From contig CAWGAA010000001.1 of the NCBI GenBank assembly GCA_963820525.1, positions 1,984,001 through 2,048,000 on the forward strand: a stretch of 64,000 bases of DNA. The letters run 5' to 3'. The notes below the pieces were generated by a model. The model was not told the origin of the DNA. It made no database searches and was given only the letters and a program-made list of their open reading frames with translations. This stretch comes from an uncultured Spirochaetota bacterium (GTDB lineage: Bacteria > Spirochaetota > Spirochaetia > SZUA-6 > Fen-1364). The position numbers were made by a program, and so were the translations under genes. Shown here one piece after another: positions 9,827 to 18,676 of this stretch; position 1 is the stretch's first letter; the number at the start of each line of letters is the position of its first letter.

Positions 9827-10497
9827 CCCCGCATCCCCTCCTCCGGCTCCTTACGAATCCTCCCCTTCACCCAGGGGTAGGCCTCCTGAAGCGAATCGAA
9901 GCTCACATCCGATCTCTCGCTCAAGTCCATGCGGGCGAACTCGCGCACAAACGCCACGGGGGCCCCGGCGGCCCGCGCTGCCTCGATCCCGGTGGGGGAA
10001 TCCTCGAACACGAGCGCGTGCGCCGCGGATACCCCCAGGAGGGCGAAGGCGCGGAGGAAACCCTCGGGGTCGGGCTTGTACTTCAGACAATCGTCCGCGG
10101 AAATCACGGCGGCAAAGGCATCTTTGCGGATTCCTGCATTCTCCAGCATTGCATCGATCTCCACCCGCGCGCTCCCGCTCACGATCGCCCGAGGCACGGG
10201 GAGGGAAAGCACCAGGTCCGCTCCGCGAGCTGCCTTGAGCCTGTGCTCCTTGAGGGAGCGAAGCTTGAAAGCGAGGAATCGCTCCTGGATCCCTTCAGCC
10301 GTTTCATGGATGCCGTATCTCGGGGCAAGGGTGGAAAAGGCCTCCTTCCACGCGTAGCCGAAGATCTCGGCAATGTCCCGCTCCGTGAGGGTGACGTCGA
10401 ACTGCCTCTTCAAGAACCTCCCCAGGAGCAGGTCATTGAGCCTTTCGCTTTGCACGAGCGTGTCGTCGAAGTCGAATACGAGGGCCCGGATCTCCAT
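9823..10497 (-). CDS. HAD-family phosphatase (beta-PGM/CbbY-like)
   Basis: VFDFDDTLVQSE, KPDPEGF and VFEDSPTGIEAARAAG motifs. Confidence 0.9.
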   Translation of the reverse strand: MEIRALVFDFDDTLVQSERLNDLLLGRFLKRQFDVTLTERDIAEIFGYAWKEAFSTLAPRYGIHETAEGIQERFLAFKLRSLKEHRLKAARGADLVLSLPVPRAIVSGSARVEIDAMLENAGIRKDAFAAVISADDCLKYKPDPEGFLRAFALLGVSAAHALVFEDSPTGIEAARAAGAPVAFVREFARMDLSERSDVSFDSLQEAYPWVKGRIRKEPEEGMRG

Positions 10498-10657
10498 GGT
10501 ATCTGCGAAGGTACCAGAAGCTGCCCGCAAGCGGCAAGGCAGACAAATCCCCGCTTCCCCCATGCCGAAAAAAAATCTGTTTGCGCTCTGAAACTGTGAT
10601 ACATTGGAGATAAAAGAGCCCTTTTGGCCGCTGGCCGAGAGGCGGGAAGAAATCTCC

Positions 10658-11365
10658 ATGCGGTTGAAAAACTATAATGAAGACCTGGTGCTGGACACCG
10701 TCAAGATCGTTCTCAAGGACCGAGCGGACCTCAAGCCGAGCCGTTCGTTCATCCTCGACGTTGCGGCCTATACCCTGAACCGCATTCCGCCAAAGTACAT
10801 CACGAGCGAGCGGGGCTTCACCCGCGAGCTCATCCAGGCTTCGGTGGAAAAGGACGGGCAGGGGCTGATCGACGTGATCGAGCTCATCACCCTCATCAAC
10901 CGCGCCATCGACGTGGTTGTCGGGCGCCGCAAGGGGCCCGCCGGGACGCGGAAGAGAGTCCCGGCCCCCGTGAATGCGGTTCTTGCCGACGGGGAGATCA
11001 CCTACTACTACAACCTGCCGCACATCTTCGGCAGGGTGGTGGATTCTCGAGACGAAAGCCCCGTCATAGCCGCCGACGTGACCCTCTTTGTGAACAACCA
11101 GCTTTCCGTCCCGGCGGAGCCGGGATGGCAGAACCCCTACCGGACCAACGAACAGACCAAAGGCTACTTCAGCTTCTGGCCTCAGCCTGAAGCGGGGCCC
11201 CGGGACACTTTCCGCGTCGAGCTTTCCATCGGGTTCGAGCACGACGGGTACAGGCCCTTCACGTACAGGAAGAACCTGAAGGTGCCCGGCGAGTACTTCG
11301 TCCACGACTACATCCGCTCAGACAAGCTCCTGGACCTGGGCACGCTGACCCTCGACAAAACCTGA
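10658..11365 (+). CDS. ComFB-family protein with C-terminal beta-sandwich domain
   Basis: LKNYNEDLV...DVAAYTLNRIPPKYITS matches the ComFB core; the C-terminal part reads IFGRVVD...ADVTL...NPY.T...GYFSFWP. Confidence 0.78.
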   Translation: MRLKNYNEDLVLDTVKIVLKDRADLKPSRSFILDVAAYTLNRIPPKYITSERGFTRELIQASVEKDGQGLIDVIELITLINRAIDVVVGRRKGPAGTRKRVPAPVNAVLADGEITYYYNLPHIFGRVVDSRDESPVIAADVTLFVNNQLSVPAEPGWQNPYRTNEQTKGYFSFWPQPEAGPRDTFRVELSIGFEHDGYRPFTYRKNLKVPGEYFVHDYIRSDKLLDLGTLTLDKT

Positions 11366-11492
11366 AGCCCGCCCTCGGCGACGTTCGGCGGATAGGAGGT
11401 CCCCGCCGCACACGCGTATGGCCATTCTTGCCTTTTGCCCACCCCGTCTGTATTATCAATGGAGAGAGGTCTGGAGCTCAGGGAGGGTATCG

Positions 11493-11774
11493 ATGAACCC
11501 GAGAAAGATCACCGCGGATGCCCTGAAGAAGGTCTTCGGCGAGCTGAAGGCCGGCAGGGAGCAATCCACCGGCACCTACCTTTTCAAAGGATACCGCGTA
11601 CAGATAAGCAGATATCAGTCCTCCGGTACGGAGCGTTCGGCGCAGCTGTACAGAAAGCGCCGGGAGCTCGGCATGTGCGTTCGCTGCGGGAAAAAGGTCA
11701 CCAAGCGCAACCCCATCACCGGAAAGCTCTATCGGCTCTGCGACGAGCACAGGAGAGAAATAGATAGAAAGTAG
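11493..11774 (+). CDS. small basic zinc-ribbon protein (resembles Leptospira LIC10235-type proteins)
   Basis: GYRVQISRY...LY.KRR..G.CVRCG.KV...NP.TGKLYRLCDEHR gives CxxC...CxxH. GGAGG RBS upstream. Family recalled from memory. Confidence 0.7.
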   Translation: MNPRKITADALKKVFGELKAGREQSTGTYLFKGYRVQISRYQSSGTERSAQLYRKRRELGMCVRCGKKVTKRNPITGKLYRLCDEHRREIDRK

Positions 11775-11786
11775 CGTGAGCTGCTC

Positions 11787-12542
11787 TCAGGGCCGAATCC
11801 GGTATTGAACCAGCCCGAGATACTCGTGTACCGCCTGGAAGCTCTCCGCCAGCGTCTGGAAAGAGGGGAGGAAGCTTCGAAGGTCGTAGCGCGCCCTTCC
11901 CGTCTTGTAGTCGGTAGGCGCCGGTACGACGGAGATTCCCGCCTTGCTGAAGGCGAGCACGCTCCGGGGCATATGGTAAGCGGATGTCACCAGCGCCGCA
12001 TGGCTGACCCCCGCTGCATGGAGCAGGGGGGCAAGGTTTCCGGCGTTCTCCCACGTCGTTCGGCTCTTGTCCTCGATTCGAATCATTGCGGAGGGAAATC
12101 CGAGCTCGGCGGCGGTCCTTTGCGCCGCTTCAGCCTCTGATTCCACGTTCCGCGCCCAGACCCTGCCTCCGGAGACGAACAGCGGCGTATCGCCCCGCCG
12201 TGCCAGCATGATCCCATAGGCCAGCCGTTTCAGCGATTCCGGGAAGAGGCTCGCGTGGCCGCCGAGCTCGGCCGAGCGGTCAATGGTCCCCCCGCCGAGC
12301 ACGATGACGGCGTCGTAGCGGGCAGTACGCTCGAGGGCCGGATAGCGGTTTTCCAGGGGCAGGAGCAGCGCGTCATGGACCGGCTCGATGGAAGCGAGCA
12401 GGAGAACGAGCGCCGCCGCCCCCATCGCTGCACGGCCCGCCCTCTTTCGGCCGCGCGCGGCCAGGAGCGCTCCTACCGCAATGACGAGGATGAACAAGAG
12501 AGGCGAGAGAAAAAGCGTTGTGATGACGGCGGAGAGGATCAC
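11787..12542 (-). CDS. YdcF/DUF218 (ElyC/SanA-like) envelope protein
   Basis: Two TM helices, then VIVLGGG, VSGG, ESEA, EDKSRTTWENA, LVTSAYHMPRS, P.PTD and HEYLG. GTG start is uncertain. Confidence 0.88.
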   Translation of the reverse strand: MILSAVITTLFLSPLLFILVIAVGALLAARGRKRAGRAAMGAAALVLLLASIEPVHDALLLPLENRYPALERTARYDAVIVLGGGTIDRSAELGGHASLFPESLKRLAYGIMLARRGDTPLFVSGGRVWARNVESEAEAAQRTAAELGFPSAMIRIEDKSRTTWENAGNLAPLLHAAGVSHAALVTSAYHMPRSVLAFSKAGISVVPAPTDYKTGRARYDLRSFLPSFQTLAESFQAVHEYLGLVQYRIRP

Positions 12543-12608
12543 GGCGGGGAAGAGTATATCCCTTGCTCCAATGGGAGAAAAGGCCGATATTGGGAAAAGG
12601 AGGAGGCG

Positions 12609-13466
12609 GTGGTCGAGGAATATCTCGATAAGATCAAGGATCTCCCCGTGATGCCGGAGGTGGCGCAGAGGGTCGTGAACCTCACCGAAGGCAGGATGGA
12701 GATCTCCTTCAAGGAGCTGGAATCCATCATCAAGGAGGATCCGGGCCTGACAGCGAAGATCCTCAAGATCGCCAACTCGGCGCTCTACGCCCGGCAGAAG
12801 GAGATCAAGAGCCTCCAGATGGCCATTTCCCTTCTCGGCTTCAAGAACATCAAGAGCCTCGTCCTCCTCATCATGGCCTCGCGGCTCTTTCCGAAGATGA
12901 AGAACACCTCGTTCCACCGCACCTACTGGCGGCATTCCACGCTGAGCGCTTTCCTCTCCAAGAGCCTGTCCCTGCGGTGCAGCAGGAGCGATTTCGCGGA
13001 AGAGGCGTTCATCGCCGGCCTCCTCCACGAGATCGGCCAGGCGGCGATGCTCAGCGTCTCGGCAGAGGAGTACAGCAAAGCCCTGGAAGCCGCGGAGCTG
13101 AAAGCCATGAGCCTCGAGACAATCGAAGAGCAGATGTTCGCCACCAACCACAGGGAGGTGGGCGGCGCGCTCCTAAAAAAGTGGAATTTCCCGGATATCT
13201 ACGTCGACGTGGCGCGGGAGCATGAGACTCTCAACATCACGTCCCCCCACAAGCCCCTCATTATCATCGTCTCCACGGCATGCATCATCGCGGATGGGAT
13301 CGAGTCAGCCGAGCTCACCCGGGAGAAGCAGGAGCTTTTCACGCAGCTCCTCCCCTATACCTGCCTGCCTCCGGGAGACATCGCCTCGTACGTTCAAACC
13401 TACACGGCGGAGCTCACGCAGCTGCGGCTGTTCCACGAGTACCAGAACCTCCTCGAGATCTCGTGA
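12609..13466 (+). CDS. HDOD-domain signalling protein
   Basis: LPVMPEVA...I..DPGLTAKILK.ANSA.Y...I.SL..AI.LLG...W.HS...AGLLHEIG...H..VG..L..KW.FP. Confidence 0.9.
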   Translation: MVEEYLDKIKDLPVMPEVAQRVVNLTEGRMEISFKELESIIKEDPGLTAKILKIANSALYARQKEIKSLQMAISLLGFKNIKSLVLLIMASRLFPKMKNTSFHRTYWRHSTLSAFLSKSLSLRCSRSDFAEEAFIAGLLHEIGQAAMLSVSAEEYSKALEAAELKAMSLETIEEQMFATNHREVGGALLKKWNFPDIYVDVAREHETLNITSPHKPLIIIVSTACIIADGIESAELTREKQELFTQLLPYTCLPPGDIASYVQTYTAELTQLRLFHEYQNLLEIS

Positions 13467-13473
13467 GCGCGGT

Positions 13474-13499
13474 GGGGCGGCGCAAGTACGCGCCGCCCC
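13474..13499. terminator. hairpin between convergent genes (possible bidirectional terminator)
   Basis: Perfect 10-bp stem GGGGCGGCGC-AAGTAC-GCGCCGCCCC, with no U-tract. Confidence 0.5.
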
Positions 13500-13503
13500 G
13501 TCC

Positions 13504-16500
13504 TCACGGCGCCAGGATCTCGGGAAGCTTCATTGAATAGCCCAGCCGCACCACGAGCGACCAGTACGTGGCGGGGCCGGCAACCGTGGGAACGGCGATG
13601 TCGTAGACGGCATCCAGGGTGTATGCCGACGTCCCCTGGGTGAGGCTCGCCGTCGCCTCCCCCTCGAACTTCAGGAACGAGATGGGCGATGGGCTTGTGA
13701 GCTGCTGCTGATAGGTGCCCGCAAATCCGCGAAGGCTGGCGCCGAGCACCGCGCCGCCCCCGATTCCGATCCACGTCGAGCCCATGAGACTTCCTCCCGC
13801 GGTCAGCTCGGATACGGGAGAGTAGTAGAGGTAGGGCTCATTGCGGGCGCAATCCTGGTAGGTGACATTGGCGATGAGGGCGAGAAGCGAATACGGGCTT
13901 CCCCCCTTCACCAATGTCACCGTTATCTCTTCCGCCGCCGTGGCGATGGCGTTGTTGAAGCCGAAGCTTCCGTCAACCAGGTAATCCACCTTGCCGTACG
14001 TCCGAAGAGTCGTATCGCGAAGCAGGAACGCATCGATGAACGAGAGGGGAAGCGAAAGATTGAGCTCGGCAGATGCGTCATTGATCGGCGTGCGCAGGGG
14101 GTCAAAGGTCTCGGGATAGCGTCCCCACCTGACACTGGAGGTCAGGAACAGCACGTTCGGCACTCCCAGGCTGAGGTCGGCCTGCGCGTAGAGGCTTGCC
14201 GAGTAGGCCTCGAAGAGGTCTCCGGGATTCTGAGGCGCACCGAGGGTATCCGCCCGATAGAAGAGCCCGTTTCCCGTGAGATAGCCCCCCAGCCACGGGG
14301 TGAGCTTGAGGTTGAGGAAGTACAGGTCCATCGGCGCGCCGATCCCCACGTCCTGGACCGAGTACGCCGAGTGGTCGACGAGGCTGTTCGCCACCCTGTT
14401 GACCCGCCAGTCGTCGGCGCGGTATGCGACGGTAAGGCCCCAGACGCTGTCGAAGAGGCGGGTATAGGAGGCTTCCGCGTGAAGCTGGGACCGGGTCGTG
14501 TCCGCGAAATAGGATCCCGTCGATGCCAGGGTATCGGCGTGATCCCGCGAGACCTGGTTGAACAGGGCGGCCACGTTCTCGAAGTAGGGGTCGACGGCGT
14601 AGACGCCGCGGTAGGCATCAAGGGCGCTGTGCCAGTCCCTGCTCCACTGGTAGATCTTGCCCAGGCGGAATTGGGCGCTCACGTTCCCCGGGTCGATCGC
14701 CAGGACCCTGCGGAACTGCGCGATGGCGGGCGCCAGCTGCTCTTCTCCGACATAGTAGTCGCCGAGCTCGTTTCGAAGGCCGTAGGTATCCTCGTCGAGT
14801 GAGTAGAAGGCGCGCATGACCGCGCCGGAGTACATGCCGGAGAGAACGGCAAGCTCCTTCTGCAACGCGGTCCTGGTCTCGGATGCGACCTTCTCCAGAC
14901 CCGCAAGCTCCACCGCCAGCGCCTGTCCTTCGGCGGCGGGGTCAGCCGCGCCCTCTCCCCCTTCGGTGGGAGAGCTCGGGGCTGAAGCGGGAGCCGAGAG
15001 GTGTAGAGCGAGGCGGGCAAAGTCGGGGAAATAGGCAGGGACAGCGGCACCGGGAACCGCCGCCAGGCTCGCGATGATCGGCAGCGCCTCCTGCGCCCTG
15101 CCGCCCCACAGCAAGCATTGGGCCTTTGCATAGTCCAGGCCGATGCCAGCCGCGGATTCCCCCGACGCCGCTGCGAGCAGCGCCTGGGCGCCGGCCCACT
15201 GCCTGTCCGCGAGATAGATCTTGGCCAGGACGAGCCGCGCCAGAACATCCGCGGAGAGGCCGGCGCGAAGCTCCGCCGTCTCCCCCTGCCTGTCCCACGT
15301 CCACTTGTTGCTGCGGGTGAGATCCGCGAAGACCTGCCGATCCTTGTCGTCGCTCGCCTGGAGGGCCGCGATCCTGTCCTTGTGCGCCGCGGCGAGGTCC
15401 ACGACGAGCTGGAGGCCGCCGATCAGCGCGCGAGCCTCCTCGATGCGCTGATTGAGCGAAGCCGCTTCCCCCTCCATGCCGGCCTGATCCCCCGCCGCCA
15501 TGACCGTCTTGGAGCGGGAAAGCTGGGCTGTCAGCGCCGCCCTCGCCTTCTCGGCATCCGCCGGCAGGCGGCCGAGGAAGCTCACGGCGAGGGAGCTCTC
15601 ATCCATGGCCTGGAGAAGACCCGCCGAACGAACCTCCATGTCCTTGAGCGCGAGATGGGCATGAATGACCAGGATGCGCCGGTACTCCTCGATGGCCTCC
15701 TTCTTTTTTCCATTCCAGAAATAGGTCTGGGCGAGGAGCTGGCGCAAGGCGAGGTTGTCGGGGTGATCGGCGAGCTTGGCCCGATAATCCGCGATCACCC
15801 GGTCCTTCATCCCTTCCTGCGCCTTGAAGGAGTCGAGGTAGGCGGAAAGGGTGGGAGAGGGAAAGAAGGTATCCGAGATCTGCGCCTCCACCTTCTCTGA
15901 GTCCGCGGTCCGGCCAAGAAACAGGTACGCGTCGATGAGAAGCAGGTACGCTTCCAGGTCCTGGGGTGAGACGCGAATGGCGAGGGCGAAGTCCGCGGCC
16001 GCGCGGTCGGGATACCCGTTGACGCGATACACCCTTCCCAGCTGCTTGAGCAGGCCGCTGTCGGTGCCGGCGATGTTCTGCGCTTCCCGAAGCTCGCTCT
16101 CCGCCTCAGAGCCCCTGCCCGCCCACAGGTACGTGAGGCCGAGGTTCACGGTAAGGTCCAGGTCCCTGGGGAACGCGGCAAGCCCTTCCCTGAAAAAGGA
16201 CACCGAATCGTCGTAGCGGCCGGTCCAGGCGGCGACCTTGCCCGCCTCCATCCACAGGTCGTGCCGATTCGGATCTTTCGAGAGAAGCTCGCGATACTTG
16301 GCAAGGCCCTCCGTCACGTCTCCCTTCCAGATCCTGTTCTTCGCGGTCAGGAGGAGCACCTCGGGGTTGCCGGGCTGGATGGGCGCGGCGCGATTGAGGT
16401 ACTTCAGCGCATTGAGGTAGTCTCCCAGCATGGTGTAGATCTGCGAGATGTAGACATAGGGCTGGATGCTCCCCGGGTTGTCGCGGATGCGGATGAGGTA

Positions 16501-17211
16501 GTCGTCTATTGAGAGGAACGGCGCGTTGATGGATTTGTCGTCAAGGTCCTTCGGGAAAACCGCGGGCAGGGGGGGAGTGAGGACCCGCTTCCCGTTGTCC
16601 TTGCGGACGAGGAAGAAGCAGTCGAGGTAGAAGAAATAGCGGCCGTCGATGCGCCTCTTGTCCGAGATCCCGAAGCGCAGGCTGTGCGCCTTGGCGTCCA
16701 GGGTGAGATCTCCCACGAGGTTCCAGTAGTACGCGGGAGCATAGTTCCCGGCCACCGTCACCGTCTCGCGGTATACGGGGATAGGCCTGCCCGAATCCAG
16801 CGTGATCTGAAAGGGAGAGGAGTAGGAGGGATACAGATCCTCTCGCGGCCCTGGAGGCGTCCCGCCATACCACAGCTCGTACACCCCCGCGGAGGGAACG
16901 GTGAACGCATAATCGGCGTAGAACGTCCCCACCCCGGCAAGCCCCGCGGCGCTGTTCAGCTGCAGCGTGCGCGAGCCTGAGCAGGAGTAGCTGAGGACCG
17001 GCTCGCGGGAGAAATTGGTGGAAACAGCGTCTTCCCCTTCGACGAAAACGAGGGTATCGTTTTTCTGGGGAAACACGGGCTCCAGCCGGCCTTTGCCCGG
17101 CGCGGGCTGGGCGGAGGGCTCGGCGGAAGAGGCCTGGGCGAAGAGCTTTCCGCCCGCCAGGGCCGCGATTGCGGAGGCGAAGAGAAGAACAGCTGTCAGT
17201 TTCCTGCACAT
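13504..17211 (-). CDS. large exported protein: CBM-like domain, TPR repeats and putative C-terminal beta-barrel (PelB/PgaA-analogous polysaccharide export protein)
   Basis: Signal peptide. Galactose-binding-fold pattern (VEGEDA...VPSAGVYELW...LTLDAKAHSLRF...YLDCFFL). Many TPR-like helices (A...Y...L..DP.N). Aromatic-rich alternating C-terminal ~330 aa. Divergent from the pel operon. Confidence 0.65.
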   Translation of the reverse strand: MCRKLTAVLLFASAIAALAGGKLFAQASSAEPSAQPAPGKGRLEPVFPQKNDTLVFVEGEDAVSTNFSREPVLSYSCSGSRTLQLNSAAGLAGVGTFYADYAFTVPSAGVYELWYGGTPPGPREDLYPSYSSPFQITLDSGRPIPVYRETVTVAGNYAPAYYWNLVGDLTLDAKAHSLRFGISDKRRIDGRYFFYLDCFFLVRKDNGKRVLTPPLPAVFPKDLDDKSINAPFLSIDDYLIRIRDNPGSIQPYVYISQIYTMLGDYLNALKYLNRAAPIQPGNPEVLLLTAKNRIWKGDVTEGLAKYRELLSKDPNRHDLWMEAGKVAAWTGRYDDSVSFFREGLAAFPRDLDLTVNLGLTYLWAGRGSEAESELREAQNIAGTDSGLLKQLGRVYRVNGYPDRAAADFALAIRVSPQDLEAYLLLIDAYLFLGRTADSEKVEAQISDTFFPSPTLSAYLDSFKAQEGMKDRVIADYRAKLADHPDNLALRQLLAQTYFWNGKKKEAIEEYRRILVIHAHLALKDMEVRSAGLLQAMDESSLAVSFLGRLPADAEKARAALTAQLSRSKTVMAAGDQAGMEGEAASLNQRIEEARALIGGLQLVVDLAAAHKDRIAALQASDDKDRQVFADLTRSNKWTWDRQGETAELRAGLSADVLARLVLAKIYLADRQWAGAQALLAAASGESAAGIGLDYAKAQCLLWGGRAQEALPIIASLAAVPGAAVPAYFPDFARLALHLSAPASAPSSPTEGGEGAADPAAEGQALAVELAGLEKVASETRTALQKELAVLSGMYSGAVMRAFYSLDEDTYGLRNELGDYYVGEEQLAPAIAQFRRVLAIDPGNVSAQFRLGKIYQWSRDWHSALDAYRGVYAVDPYFENVAALFNQVSRDHADTLASTGSYFADTTRSQLHAEASYTRLFDSVWGLTVAYRADDWRVNRVANSLVDHSAYSVQDVGIGAPMDLYFLNLKLTPWLGGYLTGNGLFYRADTLGAPQNPGDLFEAYSASLYAQADLSLGVPNVLFLTSSVRWGRYPETFDPLRTPINDASAELNLSLPLSFIDAFLLRDTTLRTYGKVDYLVDGSFGFNNAIATAAEEITVTLVKGGSPYSLLALIANVTYQDCARNEPYLYYSPVSELTAGGSLMGSTWIGIGGGAVLGASLRGFAGTYQQQLTSPSPISFLKFEGEATASLTQGTSAYTLDAVYDIAVPTVAGPATYWSLVVRLGYSMKLPEILAP

Positions 17212-17230
17212 GACGAGATCTCCGTTGGTA

Positions 17231-17239
17231 TGCTACACT
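17231..17239 (+). promoter_or_regulatory. extended -10 promoter of the pel operon (leaderless)
   Basis: TGcTACACT lies 6 nt before GTG 17246, and there is no Shine-Dalgarno sequence. Confidence 0.45.
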
Positions 17240-17245
17240 GATTCC

Positions 17246-18673
17246 GTGAAGAAGGATAGCACCACACTGACTCTCGCGGAGATCGCCGCTTTTTCAGCCG
17301 TCATTGGAGCGGCCAACGCCTTCTTCCCCTCCAACCCGGGGTTTTTGCAGGGTGTCTTCAACCCCTACCTCGTCGTCGCACTGTTCTGCGCCGTCGTCTA
17401 CGGCAAATACCAGGGATTCGCAAGCCTCCTGTTCTCTGCCGTCATCGTCTGTTTGCCCTTCCCGCTGGCCGTCGGGTACCTCGCCCTGGGCAGGCCCCCC
17501 GATTTCATCGCCTCCTGGGCATCGCTGTGGGTCCGCGCCCCGGTGCCCCTGGCAATCACCCTCATCGAGGTATATTTCCTGGGACTCATCCGCGATTCCC
17601 TGGTCGCGCGGGAAATGAAGAGCAAGAAGAGAATCAGCACCATCGCGCGGGAGAAGGGCCTGGTGATGCGCCAGATGAGGGTGCTCCAGACCGCCAACAT
17701 CGAGCTGGAGGAGAGGATTTCGCGCCAGGAGGACAGCATCACCTCCCTCTATGAGCAGATCGAGGTGCTTCGCTCCCTGAACCTCTCCAAGGCGCTGCAG
17801 GCGATGCTCGGCATGGTGCGCCGGTTCGTCGGCGCGACCCGATGCTCGATCTGGGAGCATAAGCCGGAGTCGAAGAGGCTGGAGCTTGCGGCCGGCATGG
17901 GCAGGGAGGAGGATGCGGAGACCTCGCTTGCAGACGAGAGCACGATCGAAGGCTGGGTGGTGCGCAACAACATGATGTTCTCCGTCAAGATGCTCCTCGA
18001 GCACGACAGCCTGGCAAAGCTCGACACGGGGCGGAGCATCATGACCCTCCCCATCTCGGCCGGGAGGCGGATCTGGGGCGCGCTCACCATAGAGGAGATG
18101 CCCTTCGCCAAGTACAACCTCTACACGGAACGGCTCCTCCTTCTCATCATGGCGCTCGCGGCGCCCGCCCTGGAGAGGGCGATCGAGTACGAGTCCATGA
18201 TCAGGCAGGAGGAGATCGACGCCGTGACGGGCCTCCCCACATTCTCCCAGTTCTATTCCCTGTTCGAGAAGGAAATCACCCGGTCCGCCCAGGAGAAGGG
18301 GACCTTCGCCGTCGTGATATTCGAGCTGTTGAACTACCCCACCCTCGTGGAGCGCTTCGGAAGGGAGGAAGTCCTGCGCCTCCTCGGGGAAATAGCCGTC
18401 ATGGCGCAGGCCCTCGCCGGGCCGCACGCGCGGTTCTTCCATTATAAAGGGGAGGGACAGCTGGCCGTTCTCTGCCCCAACCTGGACAGAGACGGCGCTT
18501 CCCTGTTCTGCCTGAACGTCCTGGGCAAGGTCAACTCCGACGTCTGGCAGGCGCGCGGCGAGAGGGCATACCTCGAGTTGATCCTGGGGTTCTCCGCGCA
18601 GGCCGGGACCGTGAAGTCTCCCGACGAGCTGTTGAAGGCGGCGGAGAACCTTCTGGACATGCAGAAGGTATAG
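17246..18673 (+). CDS. pelD: PelD-like protein (TM helices, coiled coil, GAF, degenerate GGDEF)
   Basis: About 4 TM helices with NPY...YG...G, a coiled coil, a GAF domain and a GGDEF-fold remnant (DAVTGLP...FG...KGEGQL). First gene before pelE/F/G. Confidence 0.72.
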   Translation: MKKDSTTLTLAEIAAFSAVIGAANAFFPSNPGFLQGVFNPYLVVALFCAVVYGKYQGFASLLFSAVIVCLPFPLAVGYLALGRPPDFIASWASLWVRAPVPLAITLIEVYFLGLIRDSLVAREMKSKKRISTIAREKGLVMRQMRVLQTANIELEERISRQEDSITSLYEQIEVLRSLNLSKALQAMLGMVRRFVGATRCSIWEHKPESKRLELAAGMGREEDAETSLADESTIEGWVVRNNMMFSVKMLLEHDSLAKLDTGRSIMTLPISAGRRIWGALTIEEMPFAKYNLYTERLLLLIMALAAPALERAIEYESMIRQEEIDAVTGLPTFSQFYSLFEKEITRSAQEKGTFAVVIFELLNYPTLVERFGREEVLRLLGEIAVMAQALAGPHARFFHYKGEGQLAVLCPNLDRDGASLFCLNVLGKVNSDVWQARGERAYLELILGFSAQAGTVKSPDELLKAAENLLDMQKV

Positions 18674-18676
18674 GCG

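Noticed and set aside
10498..10657. c-di-GMP riboswitch upstream of ComFB
   Set aside because: I could not recognise the GEMM-I or GEMM-II consensus by eye. An Rfam scan would settle it.
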